A stretch of 64,000 bases of DNA from a virus (taxonomy: Duplodnaviria > Heunggongvirae > Uroviricota > Caudoviricetes). The notes under the pieces were generated by a model. The model did not search any database. It saw only the letters and a program-made list of their open reading frames with translations, and was not told the DNA's origin. The stretch is from IMG/VR virus record IMGVR_UViG_3300029571_000006; one strand, given 5' to 3'. Of this stretch, positions 29,175 to 38,743 are shown one piece after another. Within the stretch, counting starts at the first letter, position 1, and each line of letters opens with the position of its first letter. The translations under genes and the position numbers were made by a program.

Positions 29175-29330
29175 GCGGGTGTGGATTCGCACCACACATA
29201 GCCCCTCACTCCCTTCTACCAAATCAGACCCAGTATCGTCAGCTATTTCGCTGTCTAAGATACCGACGGAATTGAACCGCTAGGGGAACCTATCTGTCAT
29301 TAGCGTCTACCTATTCCGCCACCGCATTAT
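29175..29330 (-). other. tRNA-like / degenerate tRNA region. A tRNA-Leu-type D-arm and two T-arm-like hairpins; no clean cloverleaf.
   Basis: Minus strand: AATGCGGTGGCGGAATAGGTAGACGC (Leu-type D-arm), GCGGTTCAATTCCGTC and GTGTGGTGCGAATCCACACCCGC (T-arm-like). Confidence 0.25.
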
Positions 29331-29331
29331 A

Positions 29332-29532
29332 TCAATCGACTATAATTTTATGACCGTCTATTTCAGTTATCTCGTGTACAAAATAATACATTGGACACGG
29401 GAGCTTTGAGAAGATTTCCTCCTCAAACTTCCTTTTTACATCTTCTTCATTATTTGCGACCATTAAGCAAGTCTCATTATCGCAATCATCCATATAATTT
29501 ATTTTATACAACTTCATAGATAAACCCTCCAC
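29332..29532 (-). CDS. Hypothetical small protein
   Basis: 66-codon ORF. Confidence 0.3.
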   Translation of the reverse strand: MEGLSMKLYKINYMDDCDNETCLMVANNEEDVKRKFEEEIFSKLPCPMYYFVHEITEIDGHKIIVD

Positions 29533-29534
29533 TG

Positions 29535-29732
29535 TTAAGCTTTACTTAATTGATAGCATGAGCAAAAGAATCTCGGTAAAGACTCTACACTCCAATCAAA
29601 CATTACTTTATCTTTTGCCTCGCATACATAATAATCTGGAAGTCCAGAGCACTTTGGAGTCCGAAGAGTTTTATGTATGCAATATTTACACCTTTTGTGT
29701 CTTTTTCTATATCTAACTACCTTTTCATCCAT
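29535..29732 (-). CDS. Hypothetical small Cys-rich basic protein
   Basis: 65-codon ORF, CKYC...CSG...C...CSC. Confidence 0.3.
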   Translation of the reverse strand: MDEKVVRYRKRHKRCKYCIHKTLRTPKCSGLPDYYVCEAKDKVMFDWSVESLPRFFCSCYQLSKA

Positions 29733-29761
29733 AATAACTATCAGCCTTTCTTAAATATAAA

Positions 29762-30089
29762 TGGAGCTGAGGGGAGTCGAACCCCTGTCCAAAAATATTA
29801 CTCACTATGAATCTTTACGCTGTTTTGGAATCATGTACTGATTTCTATCCACCACTCTGTTCTTAACTGTCTCAACCAATACAGGTGTTCATTTACAGAG
29901 AACCGTATACAAATTATGCTTGTTTTTGAACCTCAGTATCTACCAGCAATATCTCAATACATTTTGGTGTAGCAACTTAGGCTACTGCTAACATCTGTCT
30001 GTTTGCGTTTGTGTTTAATAGTTGATGATTAAGTCATCACTCTAGCGAATTCATAACTTTCATACCCCTGTCGAAACCTTTACAGCCCC
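29762..30089 (-). ncRNA. ssrA: tmRNA (SsrA), phage-encoded
   Basis: 5' GGGGCTGTAAAGGTTTCGACAGGGG and 3' GGACAGGGGTTCGACTCCCCTCAGCTCCA match tmRNA tRNA-like ends. Acceptor GGGGCTG/CAGCTCC includes the G3-U identity pair. Tag-like reading frame ...GCAAACAGACAGATGTTAGCAGTAGCCTAA (…ANRQMLAVA*). Similar to the B. subtilis tmRNA ends. Confidence 0.75.
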
Positions 30090-30368
30090 CGAAAATCCAT
30101 CCAGCTATCGCCCTGTTTACTGGTGGTAGGAGGCTCGTTTCCTCCTATGTCTGGTCACGCGGTTACGTCGCTTCTGCAGGCTCCAAACTATTCTCCCGTA
30201 ACCCGGATACCGATATCACCTAAGTCGGAAGGGTTCTCTCCTCAAAAACTACCCAAGACTTTGGAGTGTTGCTCGTTATCAACGCACTTATCTGTTTTCA
30301 TGCACTGAATAAATCATATACCGAGCAAAGTCTTCTACAATAGGTGTTACAGATACCGCCTATTGTCT

Positions 30369-30408
30369 GCTGTAGAAAATCAACAGGGCAGATGTGACTC
30401 CACCCTGT
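30369..30408 (-). terminator. Rho-independent terminator after gene 30421..30771
   Basis: Minus-strand hairpin ACAGGG-N14-CCCTGT followed by TGATTTTCT. Confidence 0.45.
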
Positions 30409-30420
30409 CAAACATCAATT

Positions 30421-30771
30421 TTATAAACCAAGTTCCTGAATGACAGGTAAAACCTCGTCTTTTAATTCAGGATAGAACTTGTTGAGCGTCTCTCTCGCAT
30501 TTAATGGTTTGTCTGGCTTTGTATATCTTGCACATTCCCAGTCCACTACCATTTGGACAAAATCACTATGTGTCTTTGCCTTAATAGAATGATGTCTGGA
30601 ATGATTCCTATGCCAGTTATGCACTGATTTATAATCAAAAATCATATACAGAAACACCTTATCCAAATCATGAAGGATTCCTCTCAGGGTGTTATGTCCA
30701 AGCAGTTCTTTCTCTACTCTTCTGAATGCTTTTCTGTGCTTAACCGTATAGATAATTTTGTCTTTCTGCAT
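30421..30771 (-). CDS. Hypothetical protein (His-rich)
   Basis: 116-codon ORF. Confidence 0.4.
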   Translation of the reverse strand: MQKDKIIYTVKHRKAFRRVEKELLGHNTLRGILHDLDKVFLYMIFDYKSVHNWHRNHSRHHSIKAKTHSDFVQMVVDWECARYTKPDKPLNARETLNKFYPELKDEVLPVIQELGL

Positions 30772-30965
30772 CTTTAACTCCTCATATTAAAATCATTCTA
30801 TCTCACTATCGTTAATCATCCCAATCACCTCTAAATGGATTCATCGGACATGTATCACAATTACACACAAGTTCGCCGTGCTCGTCTACGGAGTAATCAT
30901 CTCCGTAGCCTCCGCACTCATAGCAATAGTCAAGCTCATCTTCGTCCATATCGATATTACCTCCG

Positions 30966-31285
30966 TCAGAATTTTAAAACCCTGACAGCGAGATCATACT
31001 CTTTAGCCAGGTCTATCATTGATTTTGTTCCTCTACTTTCTCCGTCCCAAAATGCTACCAAAGCATCGGCGTTTTGAGCCATCTCTTTATTTCTTATATA
31101 TCCAGCCGCTTTACCATACCGCTCCCAGTCTGCCGGGAAGTATGCAACATGGAAACCCATTTCTTTCGCATACTTCTCTCCAAGCCTGTCTGCTCCTCTT
31201 GCGGTTCCGCATACTATGGATATTTCATCACTGATATTCTGCAACAGACGATTCATATTTGCTTTTAACATTTCGTAGTTCGCAA
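30966..31285 (-). CDS. SLOG/DUF2493-like Rossmann-fold protein (YpsA/DprA-related)
   Basis: MFRVIIAGSRSF...SIVCGTARGADRLGEKYA...ADALVAFWDGESRGT pattern. Likely internal start. Confidence 0.4.
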
Positions 31286-31332
31286 ATGATCGGCTACCTG
31301 CAATTATTACTCTGAACATATTATCACCGGAA

Positions 31333-32079
31333 TTACTTTCCTCGCTGTCTCCTTGCCTCTTCGAGAATCTGACGAGCATTTCTTTCTCTCTCAGATGCCT
31401 CAAGTCTTCGATCAGCCGCCTGTGCGCTTGAATCATATGCGATTCGACTACCATCGGCGCGTTCTCTCGTCTTTCTTGCGCCCTCACGAACCCTCTCAAG
31501 CATCCTATCACTCTCGTTGTTCATGCTTAAAGAATCCATGCTCTGATGAAGTTCAATAATCTGACTATCGGCTTCCATCTGGAAAACTACCTGCTCTTTT
31601 TCTTCTTTTAGCTTCTGCAGTTCCTCAGCTGCTTGCTGCATAATCTCTTTCTGATGAGCTTCAACCTCTTTCATCTCATCCACAGTATCTTTTAAAACAT
31701 TGATTTTGCTTTCGAGCGTTGATTTCTTCCGTGCATACTGCATTGCCTCATCTTCTCGATCGCTGTCAATACAAGCATTCATATCGTTTGTAACTTTCAT
31801 AATTTCCTTCCGTGTCTTATGCAGATCATTTTCTGCAGCAGATCTTTTGCCGGAAATTTCAGCAAAACTTGCAGATGCCCTATTGTAAAAATCTTCTTTT
31901 TCTCTAATTGCGGCGTTGTAGTAATCTCTCGCTCCTTCTGGAGTCTGAGCGTCCTGGCGCATCACCTCGTCAGTTCTGCCTTTCATTTTCACACGAAGCT
32001 GTTTTCCAAAGACAGTTCCAAAGAGTATAATCACTGCAAGCACAATTACTACAATCACAATAAACATAAAGTTCGTCAT
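31333..32079 (-). CDS. Membrane-anchored coiled-coil protein (PspA/IM30-like?)
   Basis: N-terminal TM (FMFIVIVVIVLAVIILFG) followed by ~200 aa of heptad-like charged coiled coil. RBS TAGGAGGA. Confidence 0.35.
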   Translation of the reverse strand: MTNFMFIVIVVIVLAVIILFGTVFGKQLRVKMKGRTDEVMRQDAQTPEGARDYYNAAIREKEDFYNRASASFAEISGKRSAAENDLHKTRKEIMKVTNDMNACIDSDREDEAMQYARKKSTLESKINVLKDTVDEMKEVEAHQKEIMQQAAEELQKLKEEKEQVVFQMEADSQIIELHQSMDSLSMNNESDRMLERVREGARKTRERADGSRIAYDSSAQAADRRLEASERERNARQILEEARRQRGK

Positions 32080-32088
32080 GATGTCCTC

Positions 32089-32670
32089 CTACTCTGCGTC
32101 AATTCCGTACTGTCTGCAAAGAGCTGCAAGACCTCCGTTATATCCGCTACCAACTGCTTTAAATTTCCATTCACCGTTGTGTCGGTAAATCTCTGCAACA
32201 ACGATGGCTGTTTCTGTAGAGAAGTCTTCGCTCAGGTCAAATCTCATCAGTTCTTCTCCTGTGTCTGCGTCAACAACTCTTACGTATGCGTTTTCTACCA
32301 TTCCAAAATTCTGGAGTCTGCTTTCTGCATCGTAAATTGTTACAGTTACAGCGATTGATTCGTAATCATCCGGAACCTTGTCAAGTTTGATGTTGATTAC
32401 CTCATCATCTCCCTCTCCTTCGCCTGTTCGATTGTCGCCCATGTGAACTACGCTCTTTGAATTGTGTGCCAGATTTCCATAGAATACAAAGTCTCCATCC
32501 GATCCGACTTTACCATTTTCTTTTGTCATAAACACGGATGCATCTAGGTCAAAATCAGATTCTCCGTCGTAGTGATTGATGTCCCACCCAAGACCTACAA
32601 ATATATTCTTTAAAGAAGGGCGACCTTTCGTAAGGTCTACCCTCTGCCCTTTACTTAATAATACTGACAT
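32089..32670 (-). CDS. TerD-domain protein (tellurium-resistance TerD/TerE/TerZ family) paralogue 1
   Basis: KGQRVDLTKG, GLGWD, DLDASVF, GDNRTGEGEGDDE(V/T)I, EWKF(K/N)A(V/I)G motifs. Confidence 0.8.
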   Translation of the reverse strand: MSVLLSKGQRVDLTKGRPSLKNIFVGLGWDINHYDGESDFDLDASVFMTKENGKVGSDGDFVFYGNLAHNSKSVVHMGDNRTGEGEGDDEVINIKLDKVPDDYESIAVTVTIYDAESRLQNFGMVENAYVRVVDADTGEELMRFDLSEDFSTETAIVVAEIYRHNGEWKFKAVGSGYNGGLAALCRQYGIDAE

Positions 32671-32681
32671 GTGAATCCTCC

Positions 32682-33254
32682 TTATTTATATCTGTTTGCC
32701 AATTCACTGATACTTGTGTCGTTTGTTCCCTGTCCGATTGCATTGAACTTCCACTCTCCGTCTTTCTTATACACTTCTGCAAATACCATAGCAGTTTTTC
32801 CTGCATAATTTTCAGAGAGATTATATTTGCAAATTTCCTTTCTACTTGCGTCATCCACAAGTCTAATAAATGCGTTCTTAATCAGACCAAAGTCCTGTTT
32901 TCTGGATGTACAAGCATAGATATTAACAACGAATACAATCTTTTCGACATCGGATGGCATCTTTTCAAGATTTACTGTAATCTGTTCATCATCACCATCT
33001 CCGTCTCCGGTAAGGTTGTCTCCATGATGATATACACATCCGTCTTCAGCTGATCTGTCTCCGTAATATACAACACCCTTATACTTATTACCTTTACCCA
33101 GGATAATTGCAGACGCATCACAGTCAATGTTTGGCTTATGACCGAACACACCCTGTTTTGCTGCATCCCAGCCGAGACCTACAACCACCTTTTTAAGCCC
33201 TTCTACTTCTTTTGACAGATTGATTTTCTGCCCCTTTACTAAACTTACTGACAT
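32682..33254 (-). CDS. TerD-domain protein paralogue 2
   Basis: Same TerD motifs (KGQKINLSK, GLGWD, GDNLTGDGDGDDEQI, EWKFNAIG). Confidence 0.8.
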   Translation of the reverse strand: MSVSLVKGQKINLSKEVEGLKKVVVGLGWDAAKQGVFGHKPNIDCDASAIILGKGNKYKGVVYYGDRSAEDGCVYHHGDNLTGDGDGDDEQITVNLEKMPSDVEKIVFVVNIYACTSRKQDFGLIKNAFIRLVDDASRKEICKYNLSENYAGKTAMVFAEVYKKDGEWKFNAIGQGTNDTSISELANRYK

Positions 33255-33271
33255 ATGCCAACCCTTCTTTC

Positions 33272-33850
33272 TTATAAATTCAGTCCAAAGTTTCTACCGA
33301 CTGCTGCTAATCCTCCAGTAAATCCAGATCCAACAGCATTGAATTTCCATTCTCCATTTCTGCTGTACAGCTCTCCGGCAACTACGCCTGTCTCCAGTGA
33401 GAAGTCCTCATTCAAATCGTATCTGAAAAGCTCCTCATTTGTATCTGCATCGTATGCACGGATGTATGAATTATCAACCATACCAAAGTTTTGCAGCCTG
33501 TTTTCTGCATCGTAAATTGTTGCAGCGAAACTGATTTTGGAGATATTTGCCGGAATCTTTTCTAACTCGACCGTCATGGTTTCATCATCGCCGCTTCCTT
33601 CTCCTGTTCTGTTATCTCCTGAGTATGTAAGTGCTCCGCTCGGATGCTGTGGCTGTCCGTAGAATACGAAATCCTGCTCTCCTGTGACCTTGCCAGACTC
33701 ATCAGTGAAGAACGCCGACACATCAAGATCGAATTCTTCGTCTCCGTCATATCTGTTTGTGTCCCAGCCAAGAGCAAACACAACCCTCTTCAGCCCAGCA
33801 TTTCCTTTTGTAAGATCAATCTTCTGACCTTTCACTAAACTAATTGACAT
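33272..33850 (-). CDS. TerD-domain protein paralogue 3
   Basis: Same TerD motifs (KGQKIDLTKG, LGWD, GDNRTGEGSGDDETM, EWKFNAVG). Confidence 0.8.
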   Translation of the reverse strand: MSISLVKGQKIDLTKGNAGLKRVVFALGWDTNRYDGDEEFDLDVSAFFTDESGKVTGEQDFVFYGQPQHPSGALTYSGDNRTGEGSGDDETMTVELEKIPANISKISFAATIYDAENRLQNFGMVDNSYIRAYDADTNEELFRYDLNEDFSLETGVVAGELYSRNGEWKFNAVGSGFTGGLAAVGRNFGLNL

Positions 33851-33863
33851 GTTACAAACCTCC

Positions 33864-36455
33864 TTATTTTCTATTATCTACAGCCTTTCTTATAAGATCG
33901 ACTGGGATAACCATAAACGCAAGTGCGATAATTACAAGCCAATGATTTAAGTCAAGCGCTGTTGCCTTAATCAACGTTCCTGCGAAATCACACAGAATTA
34001 CTGTCATCGCACAGATTCCAACTGCAATATATGAGAACAGCTTATTCTTTCCTATACCTTTAAACAGATTCATATGTTCTGTACGGATATTGAATCCGTT
34101 GAATACAGCCATGAAACATAAGAGCGCAAATCTCGCCGTCATAGCCTCCACATCAGTTGCGAACATATTTGATACTGGACTGAATGTGATGATTCCGTAT
34201 AAGGCGATAAACGTAGCTGTACTGATTGCTATACGTTTCTTAGCTCCTCGAATAAATAATCCAGAACCCTTTTTAATAGGTCGCTCAGACATATATTCTT
34301 CCTTCGGCGGCTCACCTCCAAAAGACAGCGAGTTAAGTGAATCCATAATGATATTCACAATCAGAATTTGTACCGAAGCCAGCAGAGCACCGGTTGCAAC
34401 CATAGGATAAATCACACTCAAGATAAGCAATGCGATGTTGATTGGTAACTGGAACTCAAGAAACATCATGATGTTGTGCATGAATGTTCTTCCAAGTTCC
34501 ACAGCTTTTACAACACTTGCAAAGTTATCATCAGTCAGAACAATATCAGATGCCTCTTTTGCTACATCAGACCCGCCCTGCATACCGAATCCTACATCTG
34601 CTCTTTTTAATGCCGGTGAATCATTCACACCGTCTCCGGTCATCGCAACAGACTTTCCAATTTCCTGAGCAAGAGTTACCAGTCTCAGTTTTGTATTAGG
34701 TGAACATCTTGAAATAACTCTCAGTTTTGGAATGATACTTTTTACTTCGTCATCAGACATCGCTTCAAAGTCATCATTTGTAATAGCCAGATCTCCAGCC
34801 ATATAAATTCCACATTCTTCTGCCACGGCTTTTGCTGTCTCAAGGCAATCTCCGGTAATCTCGATTACCTGAATACCTGCTTTATGAGCCATAGCCACTG
34901 CATTTGGAACTTCCTCTCTTACCGGGTCAACAACTCCGATAATTCCTAACAATGTCATGTTATTTGGAAGCTCATTCTCAACAAGTTCTTCCTTTGATTG
35001 CGTAAGAGCAATACATCTCATTGACTTCGTTGTCATCTCTTTAATGTTCTCAAGCAGTCTAATCTTATCGCTGTCTGTAAATGTCTGAATTCCATCTCCG
35101 AGAGCTGTCGTACAGTGCTCAATGAGTTTTTCTGGAGCACCTTTATAATAGGTAACTTCGTTTGAACAACTTACTGCGGAATATTTATTAGAACTATTGA
35201 AGACCTGTTTCGCTTTGACCTGTAAGTCATTCACGATTTTTCCATACTCTTCAGAATCCGTCAGAGTTAATACCGCACGGTCAATGGAATTGCCTCCAGT
35301 AATTTCTCCGTTGCCGTCGAATACTGCGCTATTATTGATACAGATATTATTGACCATAGCTTTCCATAATTCAGACGATTCATCAACTTCATCTACAAAT
35401 GCATCGATGATTTTCTTTGGGGTCATGACTCCGGTTGTAAGCGTACCAGTCTTATCCGTACAAATAATATCCACATAAGCAAGCTCTGGAATTTTGCCTG
35501 GATTCTTCGCCAGAATATTGAACGTCTCCATCGTCCGAACATTTTGCTTTGTTACGAGCTTTACAATCAGTGGAAGCCCCTCCGGAACTGCTGCTACAAT
35601 AATTGTTAATGCGACAGAGAAATTCTGTGCGATTTTCTGGATCACATCTAAAATATTTCCTCCGAAATAGTTGCTGAACCCAACACTCATGATGCCTGTC
35701 ATTGTCAAAACTGCAAATGTTACCACAGCTGCGACGGTTCCCCATTTTGAAATAAAGTCACTTAAATTATCGAGTGCGATATCAAGAGCTGTTTTCGGAG
35801 ATTCCAATGTCTGCATCTTAACCATCGTATCCCCGTTGACTGTATTTACGCCTACATCTGTGACAATCATCTTGCCCTCGCCTGACATAACCGTAGTTCC
35901 TGCAAACAAGCAATTCGGGTTTGTGTATGCAGATGTTGATGTAGTTTTTGCGTGTATGTATCCTTGAATCGGTGTCTTCTTACACTCTTTTGTCTCTCCA
36001 TTGATTGCTGCATTATTCACTGAGATTTTTCCATCTACAATATAACCATCAGCGAAAATCTCCTGTCCCATACCTACACATACTAAATCTCCAACAACCA
36101 ACTCATCCTTGTTGATTGTCTGAACTTTCCCATCACGAATTACATCGCAGTACCTGACCGAAGTCTTTGCTCGCAACTCTGCTGCTGACTTCTGAACACC
36201 AAGTCCAGTCTTTACAGCAATCACTGTCACGATTGCAAGTACCACAAGAATCATGATTGGATCAGAAAGTTCCATCACTCCCATGAATCCGAGGAATAAC
36301 TGCAGAACAGCAATGGCAATCAAAATCATTGTGATTTTTTCACTCAATGCCTCTTTTGCAAAGTCATACCACTTCTTCATCTTCGGTTCTGGAAGTTTAT
36401 TACTGCCATGCATTTCCCTGCTTCGCAGAACCTCACTACTACTTAATCCATTCAT
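33864..36455 (-). CDS. P-type cation-transporting ATPase (Ca2+-type, P2 family)
   Basis: DKTGTLT phosphorylation motif, TGDGVNDSPALKRADVGFGM hinge motif, ten predicted TM segments. Start MNGLSS after RBS GAAAGGAG (the track start lies inside a terminator hairpin). Confidence 0.8.
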   Translation of the reverse strand: MNGLSSSEVLRSREMHGSNKLPEPKMKKWYDFAKEALSEKITMILIAIAVLQLFLGFMGVMELSDPIMILVVLAIVTVIAVKTGLGVQKSAAELRAKTSVRYCDVIRDGKVQTINKDELVVGDLVCVGMGQEIFADGYIVDGKISVNNAAINGETKECKKTPIQGYIHAKTTSTSAYTNPNCLFAGTTVMSGEGKMIVTDVGVNTVNGDTMVKMQTLESPKTALDIALDNLSDFISKWGTVAAVVTFAVLTMTGIMSVGFSNYFGGNILDVIQKIAQNFSVALTIIVAAVPEGLPLIVKLVTKQNVRTMETFNILAKNPGKIPELAYVDIICTDKTGTLTTGVMTPKKIIDAFVDEVDESSELWKAMVNNICINNSAVFDGNGEITGGNSIDRAVLTLTDSEEYGKIVNDLQVKAKQVFNSSNKYSAVSCSNEVTYYKGAPEKLIEHCTTALGDGIQTFTDSDKIRLLENIKEMTTKSMRCIALTQSKEELVENELPNNMTLLGIIGVVDPVREEVPNAVAMAHKAGIQVIEITGDCLETAKAVAEECGIYMAGDLAITNDDFEAMSDDEVKSIIPKLRVISRCSPNTKLRLVTLAQEIGKSVAMTGDGVNDSPALKRADVGFGMQGGSDVAKEASDIVLTDDNFASVVKAVELGRTFMHNIMMFLEFQLPINIALLILSVIYPMVATGALLASVQILIVNIIMDSLNSLSFGGEPPKEEYMSERPIKKGSGLFIRGAKKRIAISTATFIALYGIITFSPVSNMFATDVEAMTARFALLCFMAVFNGFNIRTEHMNLFKGIGKNKLFSYIAVGICAMTVILCDFAGTLIKATALDLNHWLVIIALAFMVIPVDLIRKAVDNRK

Positions 36456-36480
36456 TTCTTTACTCCTTTCGTTTGTTTTG

Positions 36481-36520
36481 TATATATAAATAGCGAGTTG
36501 CATTGCTGCAAGCTCGCTAT
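36481..36520 (-). terminator. Rho-independent terminator between gene 36529..37041 and the ATPase gene
   Basis: Minus-strand near-perfect 14-bp stem ATAGCGAGCTTGCA.../...TGCAACTCGCTAT followed by TTTATATAT. Confidence 0.5.
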
Positions 36521-36528
36521 GTTTCGTG

Positions 36529-37041
36529 TTAGAATCTCTGTCTCAAAAACTGATTTTCCAACCCTGCTGCTGAATGATCCATCATATGTCTTAAACCATA
36601 CATATGATCTGCATAATCATAACCCATCCATCTCCATCTAGCTGCATCTATGTAGTCTGGATAGTCCGGCTTTTCCTGATATATTCTAAGTAATTCATGT
36701 ATAAATTTTCCGAATTCTGTTTGTGTCATGCTTTGTATTGCAATATCATCTGGCACACAAACTACTCTCGTTGTGTTATCTCTAACAGTATCAGACACAT
36801 TTTTTAAAAGCCTATCCATATAATCCAGTGTATACTCTCCAGCTGGATATCTTATTGCAAGGAGCCGATTATGGATTGTAATACAGTCAATCATATTTCC
36901 TTCGACCGATCCGGCGCAGCGATTATACTTGTCCACGATAGTCATCAGAGACATACAATCAACATATCTTGCTCCTAACTTTTTTTGCGCAAATTCGCAC
37001 AATTCTTTTTTAAGCCTATCAACTGCATCCATCAGAATCAC
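36529..37041 (-). CDS. Hypothetical protein
   Basis: 170-codon ORF. Confidence 0.4.
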   Translation of the reverse strand: MILMDAVDRLKKELCEFAQKKLGARYVDCMSLMTIVDKYNRCAGSVEGNMIDCITIHNRLLAIRYPAGEYTLDYMDRLLKNVSDTVRDNTTRVVCVPDDIAIQSMTQTEFGKFIHELLRIYQEKPDYPDYIDAARWRWMGYDYADHMYGLRHMMDHSAAGLENQFLRQRF

Positions 37042-37366
37042 CTTCTTTGCACTTAATCAGGTCTCCCTCCCAGAACAACCATTCCGGACTCTCTTTCAGG
37101 CTAACCAGACCATTGTCTTCAACATGCGCTGTAAATACTTGTCCATCGCACTGATTGATGAATTCTTTGTATCTATCGTGCATAGACTCGTAATTTTTAC
37201 CAGACTTCACACGTTTTACATTGACCACGACTTTCATACCGTCTTCGATTAAGTCACCATCGTTTTTGCTTGCAAGCATTGTCAAATAGGCATCTACATA
37301 CTCTTTTGGGATACCTTTTGCTTTAGCTTCTTTAGCAAACTTCCTTCGTTTTTCACGATTTAACAT
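37019..37366 (-). CDS. Hypothetical protein
   Basis: 115-codon ORF. Confidence 0.35.
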   Translation of the reverse strand: MLNREKRRKFAKEAKAKGIPKEYVDAYLTMLASKNDGDLIEDGMKVVVNVKRVKSGKNYESMHDRYKEFINQCDGQVFTAHVEDNGLVSLKESPEWLFWEGDLIKCKEGDSDGCS

Positions 37367-37377
37367 AACCTCACCTC

Positions 37378-38004
37378 CTAATGTTCATTAAAAACAACCT
37401 GCTCTCCGGACTTTAAAGACCAACATCCTCCGTCTGTAATCGCACATTCTGTACAATTACCAGCACATTCTCTAGCATCCTCTCTTGCGGTCGTAGTACC
37501 ATCACGATACCTCACATGAGCCTCCGGAAGATTGAATGGATTTTGCATTTCTAAGCCAGCCCACCCGCTTAAAATCAGATGCAAATTGCTCGGCACTGGA
37601 TATGAAAGTAGTATTTTATTTACTATTTCAAACTTCTTTGTAAAGCACAGAATCTCACAATGAGGATTCCTCTTTGCAATTTCAAGCATATGTATTAAAT
37701 AATATTCATCCGGTATATCGCCGGATACGTGGAATCTAAAAAATCGAGACATCATAATTGACGCCTCGACCTCTCTCCAATATACATCTGGTTTGTTTTT
37801 TAATAAATCATAGTTGTGTTGATACGCTTCTCTCACTGTCTTTCTAAGTCTTTCAAGTTTCTTTGCATAACACTTCCTACTGCACTCACAATCGCTTCTG
37901 CATGTCGCCCCGGCAGGAAGTGATACACTCGGTATCTTTCCGAGCTTTGAATTTCCACTACTGATTTTAACTTCCATATCACACCACTCTCTCAAAATTG
38001 TCAT
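37378..38004 (-). CDS. Hypothetical Cys-rich protein
   Basis: CRSDCECSRKC and CAGNCTECAITDGGC clusters. Confidence 0.4.
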   Translation of the reverse strand: MTILREWCDMEVKISSGNSKLGKIPSVSLPAGATCRSDCECSRKCYAKKLERLRKTVREAYQHNYDLLKNKPDVYWREVEASIMMSRFFRFHVSGDIPDEYYLIHMLEIAKRNPHCEILCFTKKFEIVNKILLSYPVPSNLHLILSGWAGLEMQNPFNLPEAHVRYRDGTTTAREDARECAGNCTECAITDGGCWSLKSGEQVVFNEH

Positions 38005-38743
38005 ACAGCATTACAAATTTACCCATGATAAGTCTGTCATCGTGGTAATGTCCAAAGTACCATCTGGTAAACTCTGTGCTCTCCATGATCTCATCAAAGT
38101 AATTTGTCAGCACATCGTGCTTGTACATTCCATGAGAAAACATAGCTGCGATTTGCTGTGGGCAGCAATGTGATATAATGTAATCAACCTTATTATCGTT
38201 TTCTTTCAGTGTTTCTTTACCGAAATTCATTTCTTCCTCTGTCGGAAGTTCTCTTTCCCACCATGATACCCCTTTTACACGGAACATCTTTCTCTGTCTA
38301 TCCCATTCATTTGCAACCTTCACAAAGTCATCCCATGTTGCGTAATCATCTGGATCAAGAATGCCATCATCTACATCGTGACTGCTTGCTCCTCCAAACG
38401 CGAAAAATTTCTTTCCACAGAATTCAAATACATATCCTCGTAACAAATGGTATACATTGTCTCGAATTCTCTGAGCTTTACCACCATGAAAATCAACCGT
38501 CTCAAACTCATCGCTGTACAGCCTATCAAAATTCTCATGGTTGCCGGAGACAAATACAACAGTAGGTTTGATTTCTGAAAGTCTATCTAACCCTCGTGTC
38601 TCGTATCCGTTTGTATCATTCCAGATTCCGAAGTCACCGCAAACTATGATGAAATCGTCCTCGGTTAATTCACGGAGAATGCTAAATTGCCTTAGTTTTA
38701 TCCACTCTCCGTGGCAATCTCCTGTTATGTATACGCCCATTAT
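37979..38743 (-). CDS. Calcineurin-like metallophosphoesterase (Ser/Thr phosphatase-like)
   Basis: GDCHG, CGDFG, GNHEN motifs. RBS GAAAGGAG before MGVYITGDCHG. Confidence 0.6.
   Translation of the reverse strand: MMGVYITGDCHGEWIKLRQFSILRELTEDDFIIVCGDFGIWNDTNGYETRGLDRLSEIKPTVVFVSGNHENFDRLYSDEFETVDFHGGKAQRIRDNVYHLLRGYVFEFCGKKFFAFGGASSHDVDDGILDPDDYATWDDFVKVANEWDRQRKMFRVKGVSWWERELPTEEEMNFGKETLKENDNKVDYIISHCCPQQIAAMFSHGMYKHDVLTNYFDEIMESTEFTRWYFGHYHDDRLIMGKFVMLYDNFERVV

Noticed and set aside
30104-30420. RNase P RNA or an extension of the tmRNA upstream of its 5' end
   Set aside because: No GGAAAGTCC/ACAGAAUGC-type RNase P cores. The tmRNA 5' acceptor (GGGGCTG) is unambiguous at 30089. The hairpins are better explained as the terminator of gene 30421 and leader structure.
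31819-32358. 179-aa plus-strand ORF and other plus-strand ORFs overlapping TerD, the ATPase, the RT and the JAB gene
   Set aside because: All overlap well-supported minus-strand genes with recognisable domains. They are Cys/Leu/Ser-rich with no motifs and no RBS, the typical antisense artefacts of an AT-rich genome.
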